From: Acidimicrobiia bacterium
GTDB taxonomy: Bacteria > Actinomycetota > Acidimicrobiia > Spongiisociales > ZC4RG35
Reading direction: 5' to 3'
Assembly: GCA_965215185.1 (NCBI GenBank)
Contig: OZ244034.1
Location: 2,688,001-2,752,000, forward strand
Length of the DNA stretch: 64,000 nt
Part shown: one piece after another, positions 39,662 through 50,609 of the stretch
How positions within the stretch are numbered: the first letter of the stretch is position 1
How the letters are laid out: every line of letters starts with the position of its first letter
Notes under the pieces: model-generated
Database searches by the model: none
What the model was told of the DNA's origin: nothing
Seen by the model: the letters and a program-made list of their open reading frames with translations, nothing else
Position numbers and translations under genes: made by a program

Positions 39662-41440
39662 TCACGTCGGGAGTTCTGAGTTCTCCCACGTGCGGACGAG
39701 TTCGGCGAACGGTCCTTTCCCATCGGCTAACTCTTGGTACGTCCCGTCTTCCACCACCCGGCCGTCTTCCATCACCAAGACCCGGTCGGCCCGCCGCGCG
39801 GTCCGCAGCCGATGAGCCACCACGATGGAGGTGCGTTTCGCCAGCAGAGTCTCCAGCGCGGTTTCGATTTGGCTTTCCGTGCCGGGATCGAGGTTGGAGG
39901 TCGCCTCGTCCAAGATGACTATCGCCGGGTCGACCGCCAGGGCCCGCGTCAAGGCCACTAGTTGACGCTCTCCCGAGGAGAGACGGTTCCCTCGTTCGCG
40001 CATAAGAGTGTCCATCCCTTCCGGCAGGCTCTCTACCCACTCGGTGATTCCTACCGCCCGGCATGCTTCCCACAGTTCTTGGTCGCTCATCCCCTCCCGC
40101 CCGAAAGAGAGGTTGAAGCGCAGGGAGTCTTCGAACAGAAATCCCTCTTGGGGGACCAGCGCCACCGCCCGGCGCAGATCTGCGAAGCTGAGGTTTCGTA
40201 GATCGATCCCGTCCAATGTCACAGTGCCGGCTTGCGGATCATAGAAGCGAGCGATAAGCCTCACCAGGGTGCTCTTCCCCGACCCGGTTGAGCCCACCAC
40301 CGCCACCCGCTGGCCGGCGGGGATCGACAGGTTCATATCAGAGAGCACCGGAGTGTCGTTGTCATATCCGAAGGTCAGCCCGATTACCGAAATCTCCCCA
40401 TCCACCTTGGGAGCAAGCGGAGTCGTCTCTTGGGCTTCTCGAATGGCCGGTTCCTCGTCTATCAGCCCATACAGCTTGTATAGAGCAGCCAAAGCGCCCT
40501 GCAAGAGGTTGTAGACGTTGGCGAGTTGCACGATAGGCTCGAAGAACCAGTTGAGATAGAGCAGAAAGGCGATCATCGACCCGAGGCTCATCTCCCCGTC
40601 CAGTACTCGGCTCCCCCCCACGTACAGAACCAGCGCCAGCCCAGCGGCGCGGAGCAAGTCGACTCCGGGAAAGTAGGTTACGACGGTCTTGGCCGCAGCC
40701 ATCCCTCTCTTGTAGAACTCTTCGTCAACCTCGGAGAAGCGTTCTTCTTGGCGCTGCTCCTGAGCGTTGGCTTGGACTTCTCTCACGCCGGAGATGTTTT
40801 CGGATAAAGCGGCCAGGACCTTCCCCACTTGGCCTCGCCATTTACGGTAGGCCCGGCCGGAATCGCGGCCGAAACGATAGGAAAGGCCTAGCAGGAAGGG
40901 CATGAGCAGCATTACCAGAGTGGCCAGGGAAGGGTCGACCACGAACAGGGCTATCGACACCCCCATCACCATCATGCTGCTTCCCACCACCTGGATGGCG
41001 CCCTCGGCGGCGAAGACCTGCAGGGACTCGATATCGGAAGTGAGCCTCGCCACCAAAACCCCCGTTTTGGTCCTTCCGAAGAAGGCCATGTCCATCCCCA
41101 GTACATGGGTGAAGACCCGGTTCCGCAGATCCATCATGAAACGCTCGCCCATCCAGGCAACGGTGTAGAGGGTGACTCTCGTCGCCGCGTATTGCGCCAC
41201 CACGATGGCAACGAAAACCAGGGCCGCGTTGGCGATAACCGAGGTGTTCTGGGGAACGATGCCCCGGTCAACTGCTTCCCGGATCACCATGGGACCCGCC
41301 ACCTTGGACATGGTGGAAACCAGGGCCGCCACTGCAGCGCCCAAGGCCGGTAGAGCCATATACCTAACCGAGCCTGCCGCGCGGCGCATCAGGTTCAACC
41401 GGTCAGGGATCGGATCGTCGGTTCCGTAGCGGGCGTACAT
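39662..41440 (-). CDS. ABC exporter half-transporter (TMD-NBD), heterodimer subunit B
   Basis: GSTGSGKST, degenerate signature LSSGE, ILDEAT, AHRL. Confidence 0.93.
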   Translation of the reverse strand: MYARYGTDDPIPDRLNLMRRAAGSVRYMALPALGAAVAALVSTMSKVAGPMVIREAVDRGIVPQNTSVIANAALVFVAIVVAQYAATRVTLYTVAWMGERFMMDLRNRVFTHVLGMDMAFFGRTKTGVLVARLTSDIESLQVFAAEGAIQVVGSSMMVMGVSIALFVVDPSLATLVMLLMPFLLGLSYRFGRDSGRAYRKWRGQVGKVLAALSENISGVREVQANAQEQRQEERFSEVDEEFYKRGMAAAKTVVTYFPGVDLLRAAGLALVLYVGGSRVLDGEMSLGSMIAFLLYLNWFFEPIVQLANVYNLLQGALAALYKLYGLIDEEPAIREAQETTPLAPKVDGEISVIGLTFGYDNDTPVLSDMNLSIPAGQRVAVVGSTGSGKSTLVRLIARFYDPQAGTVTLDGIDLRNLSFADLRRAVALVPQEGFLFEDSLRFNLSFGREGMSDQELWEACRAVGITEWVESLPEGMDTLMRERGNRLSSGERQLVALTRALAVDPAIVILDEATSNLDPGTESQIETALETLLAKRTSIVVAHRLRTARRADRVLVMEDGRVVEDGTYQELADGKGPFAELVRTWENSELPT

Positions 41441-43188
41441 TATTTCACCGGGCTCGCTTCGGCGAGGAGTTGGCGATAGCGGGGTACGTTGTCCCACAAC
41501 TGCTGGTGTTCGCCCATCGCCAGCACCTTTCCTCCCTCCACAATGATGATCCGGTCGGCCAGCAGGAGGGTCGAGGTGCGATGAGCGATCACGATGGTGG
41601 TTCGTCCCTTCATGTTCTCCACCAGTTCGGCATGGATGCGCGCCTCGGTGATGGCGTCCACCGCCGAGGTGGCGTCATCCAGAATGAGTACGCGCGGATT
41701 TCCCACGATCGCCCTGGCCAGGGCCAAACGCTGGCGTTGGCCTCCCGACAGGCTCATCCCTCTTTCTCCTACTACCGTCTCATATCCGTAGGGGAGTTCT
41801 TGGATGAACTCGTGGGCGTCGGCAATCCGGGCGGCCGCCACAATCTGGGAGAGTTCGGCGTCGGGCGCCCCGAATCCGATGTTCTCAGCGACGGTGGCCG
41901 AAAACAGAAACGGTTCTTCAAAGGCCACTGCCACCTCCCGACGCAAGTCGGTTAGATCCAGTTGGCGGACATCCGTTCCGTCGATGGAGATGGTCCCGGC
42001 TTGCGGATCATAGAATCGCGGAATCAGCTGTGTCAGAGTGGTCTTGCCACAGCCTGTGGCGCCGAACAGGGCCACACTGCTCCCCGCCGGGATATGCAAG
42101 TCCAAGCCTTGAAGCACATCTGTGTCTTCGTAGGCGAAGGTGACGCCTTGGAACCGGACCTCTCCTCCCCCCGGTTGCAACCGACGAGGGTTCTCGGGAG
42201 CGGCAACTGAAACCGGGGCTCTCAGCAACTCCACCACCCGGGCCGCCGCCGCCGAAGAGCGAGGGAGTTCGGCGAAGAACCACCCGGTCATGCGGATGGG
42301 GAAGGACAGCACCACCAGGTACTGGGTGAACGCCACCAGATCTCCGATGGTCATCTCGCCCCTCGCCACCCTGGTACCCCCCAACCACAACGCGCACAGA
42401 GTGATAAGGGTGGGGATCAGTTCGAACCAGGGCAGATAGACCGAGCGAAACCGGGCTAGGCCCAGCGACTTGGTGAAGATGTCCGTCGCCACCCCTCTTG
42501 CCCTCCGAGCCTCCCTGGCCTCTTGTCCAAACGCTTTGGTCACCGCAATGCCCGATATCCCCTCCTGTGCCATTCTGCTCATCTCGGCCAGGTTCTGTTG
42601 CACCTGAAAAGAGATGCCGGTGGTCCGCTGTGCGTACAACACCGCGAAACCCACCATCACCGGGAGAGTGAAAGCCGCCAGCAATCCCATCACCGGGTCG
42701 AGCACGAAAGCCATTATTCCCACCATGGTGACGGTGATGATGTTTGCCAAAGTGATGGGCAGCATCATGTACACCAACCGCACTTGGGTGAGGTCGGTCG
42801 AGGCCCGAGCCATCAACTCTCCTGCCGAGGCATGGTCGTGGTAGTCGAAACCGAGCTTTTGGATGGCCGAAAAGATCTGGGCCCGCAGGTCGACTTCGAA
42901 ACGGTAGGCCAGCCCGAATGCGTTCCAACGCCGCCACGCGATGCTGGCGGCCCTCATCACTCCGGCGAGCAACACAGCCAGCACCAAGGGCAAGAGCAAA
43001 TTGGGCTGATTGCCCTCTATGGCGTTGTCCACCACCAGTTTCTGCAGGTAGGGGGTGAGCACGGTGACCGCCATCCAACAGAGCGCTCCCAATATGGAGA
43101 TCACCATCAGCCGCGGGTAACGCAGCATCCCGGTGGAGATCAATCGCAGCCCCACCCAAAGATCTGACCAATCTTTCTGTGAACTCAT
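41440..43188 (-). CDS. ABC exporter half-transporter (TMD-NBD), heterodimer subunit A
   Basis: GATGCGKTT, LSGGQ, degenerate Walker B ILDDAT; stop overlaps the start of subunit B. Confidence 0.93.
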   Translation of the reverse strand: MSSQKDWSDLWVGLRLISTGMLRYPRLMVISILGALCWMAVTVLTPYLQKLVVDNAIEGNQPNLLLPLVLAVLLAGVMRAASIAWRRWNAFGLAYRFEVDLRAQIFSAIQKLGFDYHDHASAGELMARASTDLTQVRLVYMMLPITLANIITVTMVGIMAFVLDPVMGLLAAFTLPVMVGFAVLYAQRTTGISFQVQQNLAEMSRMAQEGISGIAVTKAFGQEAREARRARGVATDIFTKSLGLARFRSVYLPWFELIPTLITLCALWLGGTRVARGEMTIGDLVAFTQYLVVLSFPIRMTGWFFAELPRSSAAAARVVELLRAPVSVAAPENPRRLQPGGGEVRFQGVTFAYEDTDVLQGLDLHIPAGSSVALFGATGCGKTTLTQLIPRFYDPQAGTISIDGTDVRQLDLTDLRREVAVAFEEPFLFSATVAENIGFGAPDAELSQIVAAARIADAHEFIQELPYGYETVVGERGMSLSGGQRQRLALARAIVGNPRVLILDDATSAVDAITEARIHAELVENMKGRTTIVIAHRTSTLLLADRIIIVEGGKVLAMGEHQQLWDNVPRYRQLLAEASPVK

Positions 43189-43264
43189 CAGCTTGGAGGG
43201 TAATGGGCGGCGCCGCGGTTTGGTTAAGCGGTGGGCAGCGCCGCCTGTTGATGGGTGTTGTTTT

Positions 43265-45847
43265 TCAGGAGGCCAGGCGGAAAGTCACCTCGTTGTCTTT
43301 GGCGTATGCCTCTATCACCGAGTCCGGCGGCCATTCGGACTCCAACAACCTGATAGCCAGTGGATCGGAAAGACGCCGCTGGATCACTCGCTTGAGCGGA
43401 CGGGCGCCGTACGCGGGGTCGTAACCCTCCTCGGTCAGGAGGTCTTTGACCTCGTCGGAGACCTGGAGTCCGAGGCGGCGCACTGCCAGCCGTCGCCGGA
43501 GGTGATCCAACTGCAGTTCGACAATCTTGGTCAGATCCGTTCGGCTGAGGTGCCCAAACACCACTATGTCGTCCACTCGATTGAGGAACTCAGGGCGAAA
43601 GTGCCTGCGCACTGCCTGCATTATTCGACTTTCGATGATTTCTCGTCCCAGGCCGGGGTCGATCAACTCCGATCCAAGGTTGGAGGTCATGATCAGGACC
43701 GAGTTGGTGAAGTCGACTGTGCGGCCCTGGCCGTCGGTGAGCCGACCGTCGTCTAATAGCTGGAGCAGGGTGTTGAAAATCTCAGGATGGGCCTTTTCCA
43801 CCTCATCCAGCAGAATCACCGTGTAGGGGCGCCTGCGCACCAACTCGGTGAGCTGTCCACCCTGGTCGTATCCGACGTACCCGGGCGGAGCTCCGATCAA
43901 ACGACTGACGGAATGCTTCTCGGAATACTCGGACATGTCGATCCGCACCATGGCCCGCTCGTCGTCGAAGAGAAAGTCCGCCAGGGTCCGGGCCAGTTCG
44001 GTCTTGCCGACGCCGGTGGGACCCAGAAACAAAAAGGAACCGATCGGACGGTTGGGGTCGGAGAGACCGGAACGGCTGCGGCGGAGGGCATTGGAGATGG
44101 CCTGCACTGCCTGGTGCTGACCGACCACCCTGGTATGGAGGTGAGTCTCCAGGTTGAGGAGCTTGGTTACCTCGCCTTCCAGCATCCGCGCCACCGGCAC
44201 CCCCGTCCAGTGTGAGACCACCTCGGCGATGTCCTCTCCCGTCACCTCTTCCGAGAGCATCCTCCCGGTCGCCGCCAGCTTTTCGAGATCTTTCTCTTTG
44301 TCCTTCAGGTCTTTCTCCAGGCCCACCAGTATCCCGTAGCGCAGTTCGGCCGCCCGATGAAGATCGCCCCGACGTTCGGCCATCTCCGCTTCGGCCCTTG
44401 CCTCTTCAATCTGTTCCCGGATGCTGTGGACGGAAGCGATCGCCTCCTTCTCCTGCTGCCAGCGGGCGGTCAGGCCGCTCAGGGTCTCCCGGATGTCGGC
44501 CAGCTTCCGTTCAAGTTCGGTGAGCCGAGTGAGGGCCGTCTTGTCCGACTCCATCCGGAGGGCCTCCCGCTCGATCTCCAGTCGAGTGACCACCCGGGTG
44601 AGCTTGTCGATCTCCTCGGGCATCGAGTCGATTTCGATCCGAAGCCGGGAGGCGGCCTCGTCGATGAGGTCGATGGCTTTGTCGGGAAGATGACGCCCGG
44701 TTATGTAGCGGTCCGAGAGAGTGGCCGCCGCCACCAGTGCCGAATCGGTGATGCGCACCCCGTGGTGCACCTCATAGCGTTCCTTCAGTCCACGCAGGAT
44801 GGCCACCGCGTCGGTGACCGAGGGAGCGGATACCCAGATCGGTTGAAACCGCCGTTCCAGGGCGGCGTCCTTTTCGATGTGTTGGCGGTGCTCGTCGGTG
44901 GTGGTGGCGCCGATCATGTGGAGTTCGCCTCGCGCCAGCATCGGCTTGAGGAGATTGGAGGCGTTCATGGCCCCTTCGGCGGCGCCAGCGCCAACGATGG
45001 TATGCATCTCGTCGATGAAGGTGATGATCTCCCCGTTGGAGGCGCTGATCTCCGTCAGCACCGCTTTCAGACGCTCTTCGAACTCTCCCCGGTACTTGGC
45101 GCCTGCCACCATCGCCCCCATGTCCAAGGCAATGATGCGTTTGGTCCTGAGACCTTCGGGAACGTCACCGTCGGCTATCCGTCGGGCCAATCCTTCCACG
45201 ATGGCAGTCTTGCCCACTCCCGGGTCTCCGATCAGAACCGGGTTGTTCTTGGTTCGGCGAGACAGAACTTGGATCACCCGCCGGATTTCATCGTCTCGGC
45301 CGATCACCGGGTCGAGCTTTTGCCGGTTTGCCAAGGCAGTGAGGTCACGTCCGAAACGCTCCAGAGCTCCGAATGTGGCATCCGGGTCGGGGCTGGTTAT
45401 ACGGTGGGCTCCCCGCAGTTTGGCCAGGGCCTCGAGAACCTTCTGCCGATTGATACCGTGACTGCGCAGCAGGTCTCCCACTGCACTCTTTTCCTCCATC
45501 ATGGCCAGCAGCAGGTGCTCCACTGACAAATAGTCATCTTTGAACTCGGCTCGAACGTGGTCGGCCTTCTTCAAGGTCTTGGAGAGTTCCCTGCTCGGAG
45601 TAGGGCCGGTTCCGCCATAAGCACTGGGAAGCGCGTCCAGTAACTGTTCTGCGTCGGCTTTGAGCATGGCGGGCTGTGCCCCGACCGCATCCACCAAAGG
45701 CAGCATCAAACCCTCGGCCTGGTTCAACAAGGCGGCCAGCAAATGTGACGGAGTGATCTCGGGATGCCGCCGTTGGCGGGCAACCGACTCCGCGTCGGCT
45801 ATCGCTTGGCGGCTCTTGGCGGTGAGACGGTCGAACATCTCAGACAT
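43265..45847 (-). CDS. clpB: ATP-dependent chaperone ClpB
   Basis: Two AAA+ modules ([16 protein letters not shown]), M-domain [16 protein letters not shown]. Confidence 0.97.
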   Translation of the reverse strand: MSEMFDRLTAKSRQAIADAESVARQRRHPEITPSHLLAALLNQAEGLMLPLVDAVGAQPAMLKADAEQLLDALPSAYGGTGPTPSRELSKTLKKADHVRAEFKDDYLSVEHLLLAMMEEKSAVGDLLRSHGINRQKVLEALAKLRGAHRITSPDPDATFGALERFGRDLTALANRQKLDPVIGRDDEIRRVIQVLSRRTKNNPVLIGDPGVGKTAIVEGLARRIADGDVPEGLRTKRIIALDMGAMVAGAKYRGEFEERLKAVLTEISASNGEIITFIDEMHTIVGAGAAEGAMNASNLLKPMLARGELHMIGATTTDEHRQHIEKDAALERRFQPIWVSAPSVTDAVAILRGLKERYEVHHGVRITDSALVAAATLSDRYITGRHLPDKAIDLIDEAASRLRIEIDSMPEEIDKLTRVVTRLEIEREALRMESDKTALTRLTELERKLADIRETLSGLTARWQQEKEAIASVHSIREQIEEARAEAEMAERRGDLHRAAELRYGILVGLEKDLKDKEKDLEKLAATGRMLSEEVTGEDIAEVVSHWTGVPVARMLEGEVTKLLNLETHLHTRVVGQHQAVQAISNALRRSRSGLSDPNRPIGSFLFLGPTGVGKTELARTLADFLFDDERAMVRIDMSEYSEKHSVSRLIGAPPGYVGYDQGGQLTELVRRRPYTVILLDEVEKAHPEIFNTLLQLLDDGRLTDGQGRTVDFTNSVLIMTSNLGSELIDPGLGREIIESRIMQAVRRHFRPEFLNRVDDIVVFGHLSRTDLTKIVELQLDHLRRRLAVRRLGLQVSDEVKDLLTEEGYDPAYGARPLKRVIQRRLSDPLAIRLLESEWPPDSVIEAYAKDNEVTFRLAS

Positions 45848-46036
45848 CTGGCATTTATCCCTTTCGCTATAAGAAAATCTTAGTGTATTAATATCAACTA
45901 TGGAAAGGAGTGGAGTTATTCCCGTGGCTGTGGTTGGCGGCCAATAGGAGATCGGACACCAAACCGCCAAACGCAACGGCAGTTGGATGACTCAACCATT
46001 AGGAAGGACTCAGGGCAGCCCTCTCGTCTATGAGCT

Positions 46037-46792
46037 TCAGATACCTCGCACCGGAGGACGGGCGGCCCTCGACAAGAACTCGGCCATCCAGTCTCGTAGG
46101 AGGGGGGAGTCGGGAGTGTTTTCCAGGGAAATCAAACCGGAATCTGCGGTCTCTTCGGGGATGCGACCCCCCCGACGTGATTCGATTAAGGCTCTTATGT
46201 AGAGGAGGGGGATTTCGGGGTGGCCGCCTATGCCCAGGAAGTGGTCGCCGGTGGTGAACATAGAAACGGGGCAGTGATCGGTTGACGCCAACACCTGAGA
46301 GTCGGGTGGCAGCTTGGTGATCTGGTCCTGATAGCTGACCACCGTGTAGTAGGAGTCTCGGCGGGGGACCATCCACTCCGCTTGCTCGGTGACTTCGGTA
46401 TCCGCCACTCCCACATCCCAGCCTGCAGCCTGGACGGTCACCTCCCCCTCCAAGGCGTGGGCGATCATCTGGGATCCGAAACACACTCCCACGTGCGGGG
46501 ACCTCTGCTCATACAGGCGGCGCACAAACCCGGCCAGCCACCGGATCCACGGTTCTTCATCCGATACCGACCATTTGGAGCCGGTGGAGATCCAGCCGTC
46601 GCATTCGGCCGGATCGTCAGGGTATTCACCGCTGAGCAGGTCGTAGGGTTGTAACTCGATTTCCGGCCGCCCTGCGAAAAGAGCGATGAACATGTCCTGA
46701 TAGCTTCCGGCTATCGGGAGTAGTTCGGGCAGGACGCAGTCGCACACCAACAATCCGATCCGCAACGGTGAGGGCCGGTGCTCGGAGGGCAT
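46037..46792 (-). CDS. Class I glutamine amidotransferase-like protein
   Basis: GVCFGSQ nucleophile elbow and GHPE. Confidence 0.88.
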   Translation of the reverse strand: MPSEHRPSPLRIGLLVCDCVLPELLPIAGSYQDMFIALFAGRPEIELQPYDLLSGEYPDDPAECDGWISTGSKWSVSDEEPWIRWLAGFVRRLYEQRSPHVGVCFGSQMIAHALEGEVTVQAAGWDVGVADTEVTEQAEWMVPRRDSYYTVVSYQDQITKLPPDSQVLASTDHCPVSMFTTGDHFLGIGGHPEIPLLYIRALIESRRGGRIPEETADSGLISLENTPDSPLLRDWMAEFLSRAARPPVRGI

Positions 46793-46801
46793 GTTTGGCG
46801 T

Positions 46802-47674
46802 TCAGCTCGGCGGAGGATCGGGTTGGTGGAAGCGGTCTCCCAAACTCTCGGGAAACCACAGCACCCGTTGTGGGAAGGGAATCTCGATACCGGCTGCGTC
46901 CAAGGCTTTCTTCATGGCTCGTCCCGCCCTGTCTCTTACCGCCCACAGGGATTTGCGATCGGCCGGATGCCAGTACCGCACGTGGAAGTCGATGGAGGAA
47001 TTGTTGAACTCCACGAACTCCACAGTCGGAGGGGGATCCAACACCCCGGGAACCTGGCTGATCGCCTCCTTTAACACCCGTTGCGCCTCGTCCAAGTCGG
47101 TGCGGTACGCCACTCCCACTACCAGAGTCGTTCGACGGTGGGGGGTCTCGGTGAAGTTGACCAATGGACTCTTCCACACCATGGCATTGGGTATGTAGAC
47201 GCGGTCACCGTCGAAGGTGTCCAAAGCGACGGCGCGCAGGCTCATGTCGTCCACTATTCCCTGATGTCCGTTGGACAACATCTCGTCACCCACCTTGATC
47301 GGCCGGCGCATCAGCATCAGCACCCCGGCGATGAAGTTCTCCAAGATGTCCTGGAAAGCGAAGGCAATGGCCAACCCGGCTAGACCCAGGGCGCCGATCA
47401 GCGGGCCGACTTGCAAGTGAAGGATGGTCAGGGAGAAGTACAACCCCAGGACCACCGCCAGATAGACGACCGTTTTGCCCAGAACGATGATGGCGAATGG
47501 GGTCACGGGGGTGCGCTTCAACCCTCTGACCAGCGCCCGTCGCACCAGCCGCCCGATGATGAGCGCCGCCACTATCACCAATACCGCCTGGCCCCATTCG
47601 AGCCATCCGATTTGGTCCAGCAGTTCGGTTACGTCCTCAGGCTGCTCTTCTTGAGCCAGAATCGTGAGGTTCAT
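46802..47674 (-). CDS. Small-conductance mechanosensitive channel (MscS family)
   Basis: GLAIAFAFQDILENFIAG, RPIKVGD, IPN, GIEIPFPQ. Confidence 0.93.
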   Translation of the reverse strand: MNLTILAQEEQPEDVTELLDQIGWLEWGQAVLVIVAALIIGRLVRRALVRGLKRTPVTPFAIIVLGKTVVYLAVVLGLYFSLTILHLQVGPLIGALGLAGLAIAFAFQDILENFIAGVLMLMRRPIKVGDEMLSNGHQGIVDDMSLRAVALDTFDGDRVYIPNAMVWKSPLVNFTETPHRRTTLVVGVAYRTDLDEAQRVLKEAISQVPGVLDPPPTVEFVEFNNSSIDFHVRYWHPADRKSLWAVRDRAGRAMKKALDAAGIEIPFPQRVLWFPESLGDRFHQPDPPPS

Positions 47675-47741
47675 GATTGTTTAGGTTAAGGCAATACAGA
47701 GAACATATGAGGTCAACCTGGGATTCGCAGCTTGCCCACGT

Positions 47742-48209
47742 CTATTCGGACTGGCAAGCGCTGAGGGCGGTGGGATCCTTGAAGACGCCATTGGCGTACT
47801 GGATTTCTCGCACAAAGCAGACAATCTTGTCCACATCCTCCTCCGACACTCCGCTGACCGGGTCCATGTCGCCGAATCCCCAATGGTGCTGTTTAACTCC
47901 CTGTCGCACCGCCAAGTGGAAACTGAAGTCACCGTGATGTCCCGGTTCGTAGATCCTGTCTAACCCCAGGGGTGGACCTTGCGAGGACCCCGCCGCGTAG
48001 GCACCATGGCATTCTGAACAATTGGCGTTGAACAGAGTTTCCCCCAGGCGACCTGTGTCGGACAACACCGGGACATTCACTGAGGCAGGTTCAGAACCGT
48101 TCGATTCGGTGGCTGAATACTCTCCTCCGTCTTCCTGCCCACATCCGATTGCCAGGAGTAGGGTGAAGGCCAGGCTGGCGACTAGGCGCGGTCTGCATCT
48201 ACTCACCAC
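47742..48209 (-). CDS. Lipoprotein monoheme cytochrome c
   Basis: Lipobox-like LAIGC, CSECH heme motif, YEPGHH..HHWGFGDM; start approximate. Confidence 0.85.
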   Translation of the reverse strand: MVSRCRPRLVASLAFTLLLAIGCGQEDGGEYSATESNGSEPASVNVPVLSDTGRLGETLFNANCSECHGAYAAGSSQGPPLGLDRIYEPGHHGDFSFHLAVRQGVKQHHWGFGDMDPVSGVSEEDVDKIVCFVREIQYANGVFKDPTALSACQSE

Positions 48210-48339
48210 CGATTGCCTGTTGTTGACGTCGGAGTCGAATCTGCTCAGCTCGCTGCTTGAAGTATTTGACCAGACCGAAAACGACCAACACAATCCCGAT
48301 CCCTATGGAAATGATACTTAATTGGCTGGCCAGATCCAT
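48199..48339 (-). CDS. 46-aa single-pass membrane protein (absent from the ORF track)
   Basis: MDLASQLSIISIGIGIVLVVFGLVKYFKQRAEQIRLRRQQQAIGGE*; AAGGA RBS; overlaps the cytochrome c start. Confidence 0.7.
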   Translation of the reverse strand: MDLASQLSIISIGIGIVLVVFGLVKYFKQRAEQIRLRRQQQAIGGE

Positions 48340-48399
48340 CCCGGGAGTCCTTTTGCGGTGGGCAGTTTGGATCAAGTCTATGCAGATCTGTCGGACTGG

Positions 48400-49431
48400 T
48401 CACTGGAGGTCTGCCACAACCTCCGAGAACCCCGGCCCCGACGGACTTTCCAACTGATCCATAGTGCAGTCCCGGGCCGGCTTGTCGGGCCGCCATCTAT
48501 GAAAGCGGGTGGCGTGACGGAATCGGTCGTTTTGCAGTTGGTCGTAACTGATCTCCACCACCACCCCCGGTAGGACCGGTGTCCACTGAGCGCTCTCGGC
48601 GGTCGACCAGCGGCTCATGCTGCCCGGAGCCCTGGCTTTTTGATCGAAAGACTCAGGCGTGCGGAGGCTTTCGAACATGGTGAGCATCTGCGCCCGGTCA
48701 GCATCGGGGAAACCTGAGCAGTGTCCTATGAAGTGCAGCGCCCCTTCGCAGTTGTATAGCCCCAATAGCAGCGACCCGATCTTGTCGCCGTCCTTGTGGA
48801 CCCGGTATCCCCCCACCACGCAATCCACATGGCGACGGTGCTTGATTTTGATCATCCTTCTTTTGCCGCTGATGTATCCCTCATCGAGCCGTTTGGCCAC
48901 CACGCCGTCGCATCCCGCCGCCTCGTACTCATGGAACCAGCGTTGGGCGACCAATAGGTCGGTGGTGGTGGGGGTCAGGTTCCATGGCGCTGACAGTTGG
49001 TTCGCCACCTGCACCAAGCGTTTCCGGCGGGTGGAGAAGGGCTGATCTCTCAGGTCTTCCCCTTGAGCGGCAAGAAGGTCAAAGGCGACCAGTTGGGCCG
49101 GGACCTCCTCAGAAAGACGGGTGATACGGCTCTTGGCGGGATGGATTCTCATCTGGAGAGCGTCGAAATGGGTCAGGTTGTCGTAGACGACCACCACTTC
49201 CCCATCCACCACCGTTCCCGGTGGAAGTTGCTGCAAGGCCGGGTGGAGTTCGGGAAAATAGCGCAGCAGGGGGCGTTGGTTGCGGGAGTCGAGCCGTGGT
49301 TCGGGGCCGCTCCAAGCCAGGACCCGGAACCCGTCCCATTTGGGCTCGTAAGCAAATGCTCCCCTCGGCCATCGCTCCGACACGCGCGCCTCCATGGTGG
49401 CCAGCGGAGGGGGAAAAGGCCATGATTTCAT
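48400..49431 (-). CDS. ligC: ATP-dependent DNA ligase, LigC-type
   Basis: EPKWDGFR, DGEVV, FDLL, DGVVAK, SLLLGLY, RFRH..RWRPDK. Confidence 0.9.
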   Translation of the reverse strand: MKSWPFPPPLATMEARVSERWPRGAFAYEPKWDGFRVLAWSGPEPRLDSRNQRPLLRYFPELHPALQQLPPGTVVDGEVVVVYDNLTHFDALQMRIHPAKSRITRLSEEVPAQLVAFDLLAAQGEDLRDQPFSTRRKRLVQVANQLSAPWNLTPTTTDLLVAQRWFHEYEAAGCDGVVAKRLDEGYISGKRRMIKIKHRRHVDCVVGGYRVHKDGDKIGSLLLGLYNCEGALHFIGHCSGFPDADRAQMLTMFESLRTPESFDQKARAPGSMSRWSTAESAQWTPVLPGVVVEISYDQLQNDRFRHATRFHRWRPDKPARDCTMDQLESPSGPGFSEVVADLQ

Positions 49432-49491
49432 CCCGGGGAGGTTATACCCGAGACCGGCGCCTGCTCAAAGAGCGGGTGCGGATCATCCCAC

Positions 49492-49713
49492 CTAGGAAAA
49501 CAGGGAGGCGACACTCCAGATGATCATCAACATTCCCGCCATGATCAGAAACACCGCCCGCCGGGGTCGAAAGTCGCCGCGCTGGCCGGGAGAAGGCCGA
49601 CCCCTCATATTCCGGAGGGCTGCCCAACCGTTGCCAGCCACCAAAGCCAACCCGATGGCTAGGATCATCTGTGTAACCAGGACATCCAATCCAAGGATTT
49701 CCGCCATGATCAT
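49492..49713 (-). CDS. Small two-TM membrane protein
   Basis: Two hydrophobic helices around a basic loop; GGAG RBS. Confidence 0.7.
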   Translation of the reverse strand: MIMAEILGLDVLVTQMILAIGLALVAGNGWAALRNMRGRPSPGQRGDFRPRRAVFLIMAGMLMIIWSVASLFS

Positions 49714-49768
49714 TCTCCATCAACTCGGTTTCCCCCAATGATGGCAGGCCTACAGGAGGTTTAGTGAA

Positions 49769-50548
49769 ATGGCCCGTCCGGCACAGATTTTGAGGGTGTT
49801 CACCGACGGTGAACAGGGTGGCAACCATTTGGGGGTGGTGGCCGACACCGTCAGCCTGGATGATGATCGCATGCAGGCTATTGCTACGAAACTTGGGTTC
49901 AGCGAGACGGTGTTCATCGACTGGCAGATGGGAGGGATGCCCAATGTCCGCATTTTCACTCCCGTATCGGAATTGCCTTTCGCCGGGCATCCTCTGGTGG
50001 GCGCGGCCTGGCTTTTGCTGCGCCTCGGTCCGGGAGGCGTAAGAAAAGTGAGATGCGGAGTGGGAGAGGTCAAGATCGGCGCCGAAGGGGACCTGGTGTG
50101 GATCGAGCCTCCCTTTCAGCAGCCGGTCCGAACTCAAGAAGACCTACCACCGCTCGATTGGTGTTCTCCGGCCCGGGCATGGGAGGTGGAAATGCCACTC
50201 TCCTATTTGGTGTGGCAGATGGAAACTCCCGAACAAATCGGCAGACTCGGATCGCCACCTGCCGATTTGGGGATGACATTGGTGTGGGCGTGGGAATCCC
50301 CACCGGACCGTGTGAAGGCTCGCTTCTTCGCTCCGGGCATGGGGGTGGTGGAAGATCCGGCTACCGGCAGCGCTGCGGTGGCCTTGGCCGCGGTTCTCCG
50401 CTCTGAGGGCATGACGTCGGGGAGAGTGCAGATTTCCCAGGGCAGGGAGCTTGGTTGGCCGTCGCTGATCAATTTGACCTGGGAGGGTGACCGATGTCGG
50501 GTGGGTGGAACGGTTGTCAGGGATGAGATTCGCGAGATGGTTTGGTGA
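49769..50548 (+). CDS. PhzF family isomerase/epimerase
   Basis: GGNHLGV, FSETVF, ELPFAGHP, EDPATGSA. Confidence 0.92.
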   Translation: MARPAQILRVFTDGEQGGNHLGVVADTVSLDDDRMQAIATKLGFSETVFIDWQMGGMPNVRIFTPVSELPFAGHPLVGAAWLLLRLGPGGVRKVRCGVGEVKIGAEGDLVWIEPPFQQPVRTQEDLPPLDWCSPARAWEVEMPLSYLVWQMETPEQIGRLGSPPADLGMTLVWAWESPPDRVKARFFAPGMGVVEDPATGSAAVALAAVLRSEGMTSGRVQISQGRELGWPSLINLTWEGDRCRVGGTVVRDEIREMVW

Positions 50549-50609
50549 GGCACTCTTCGAAAGTGGCCGCCTATGGCGTTATTCCCTAAGCGACGTAAAC
50601 TTTCCGTCT

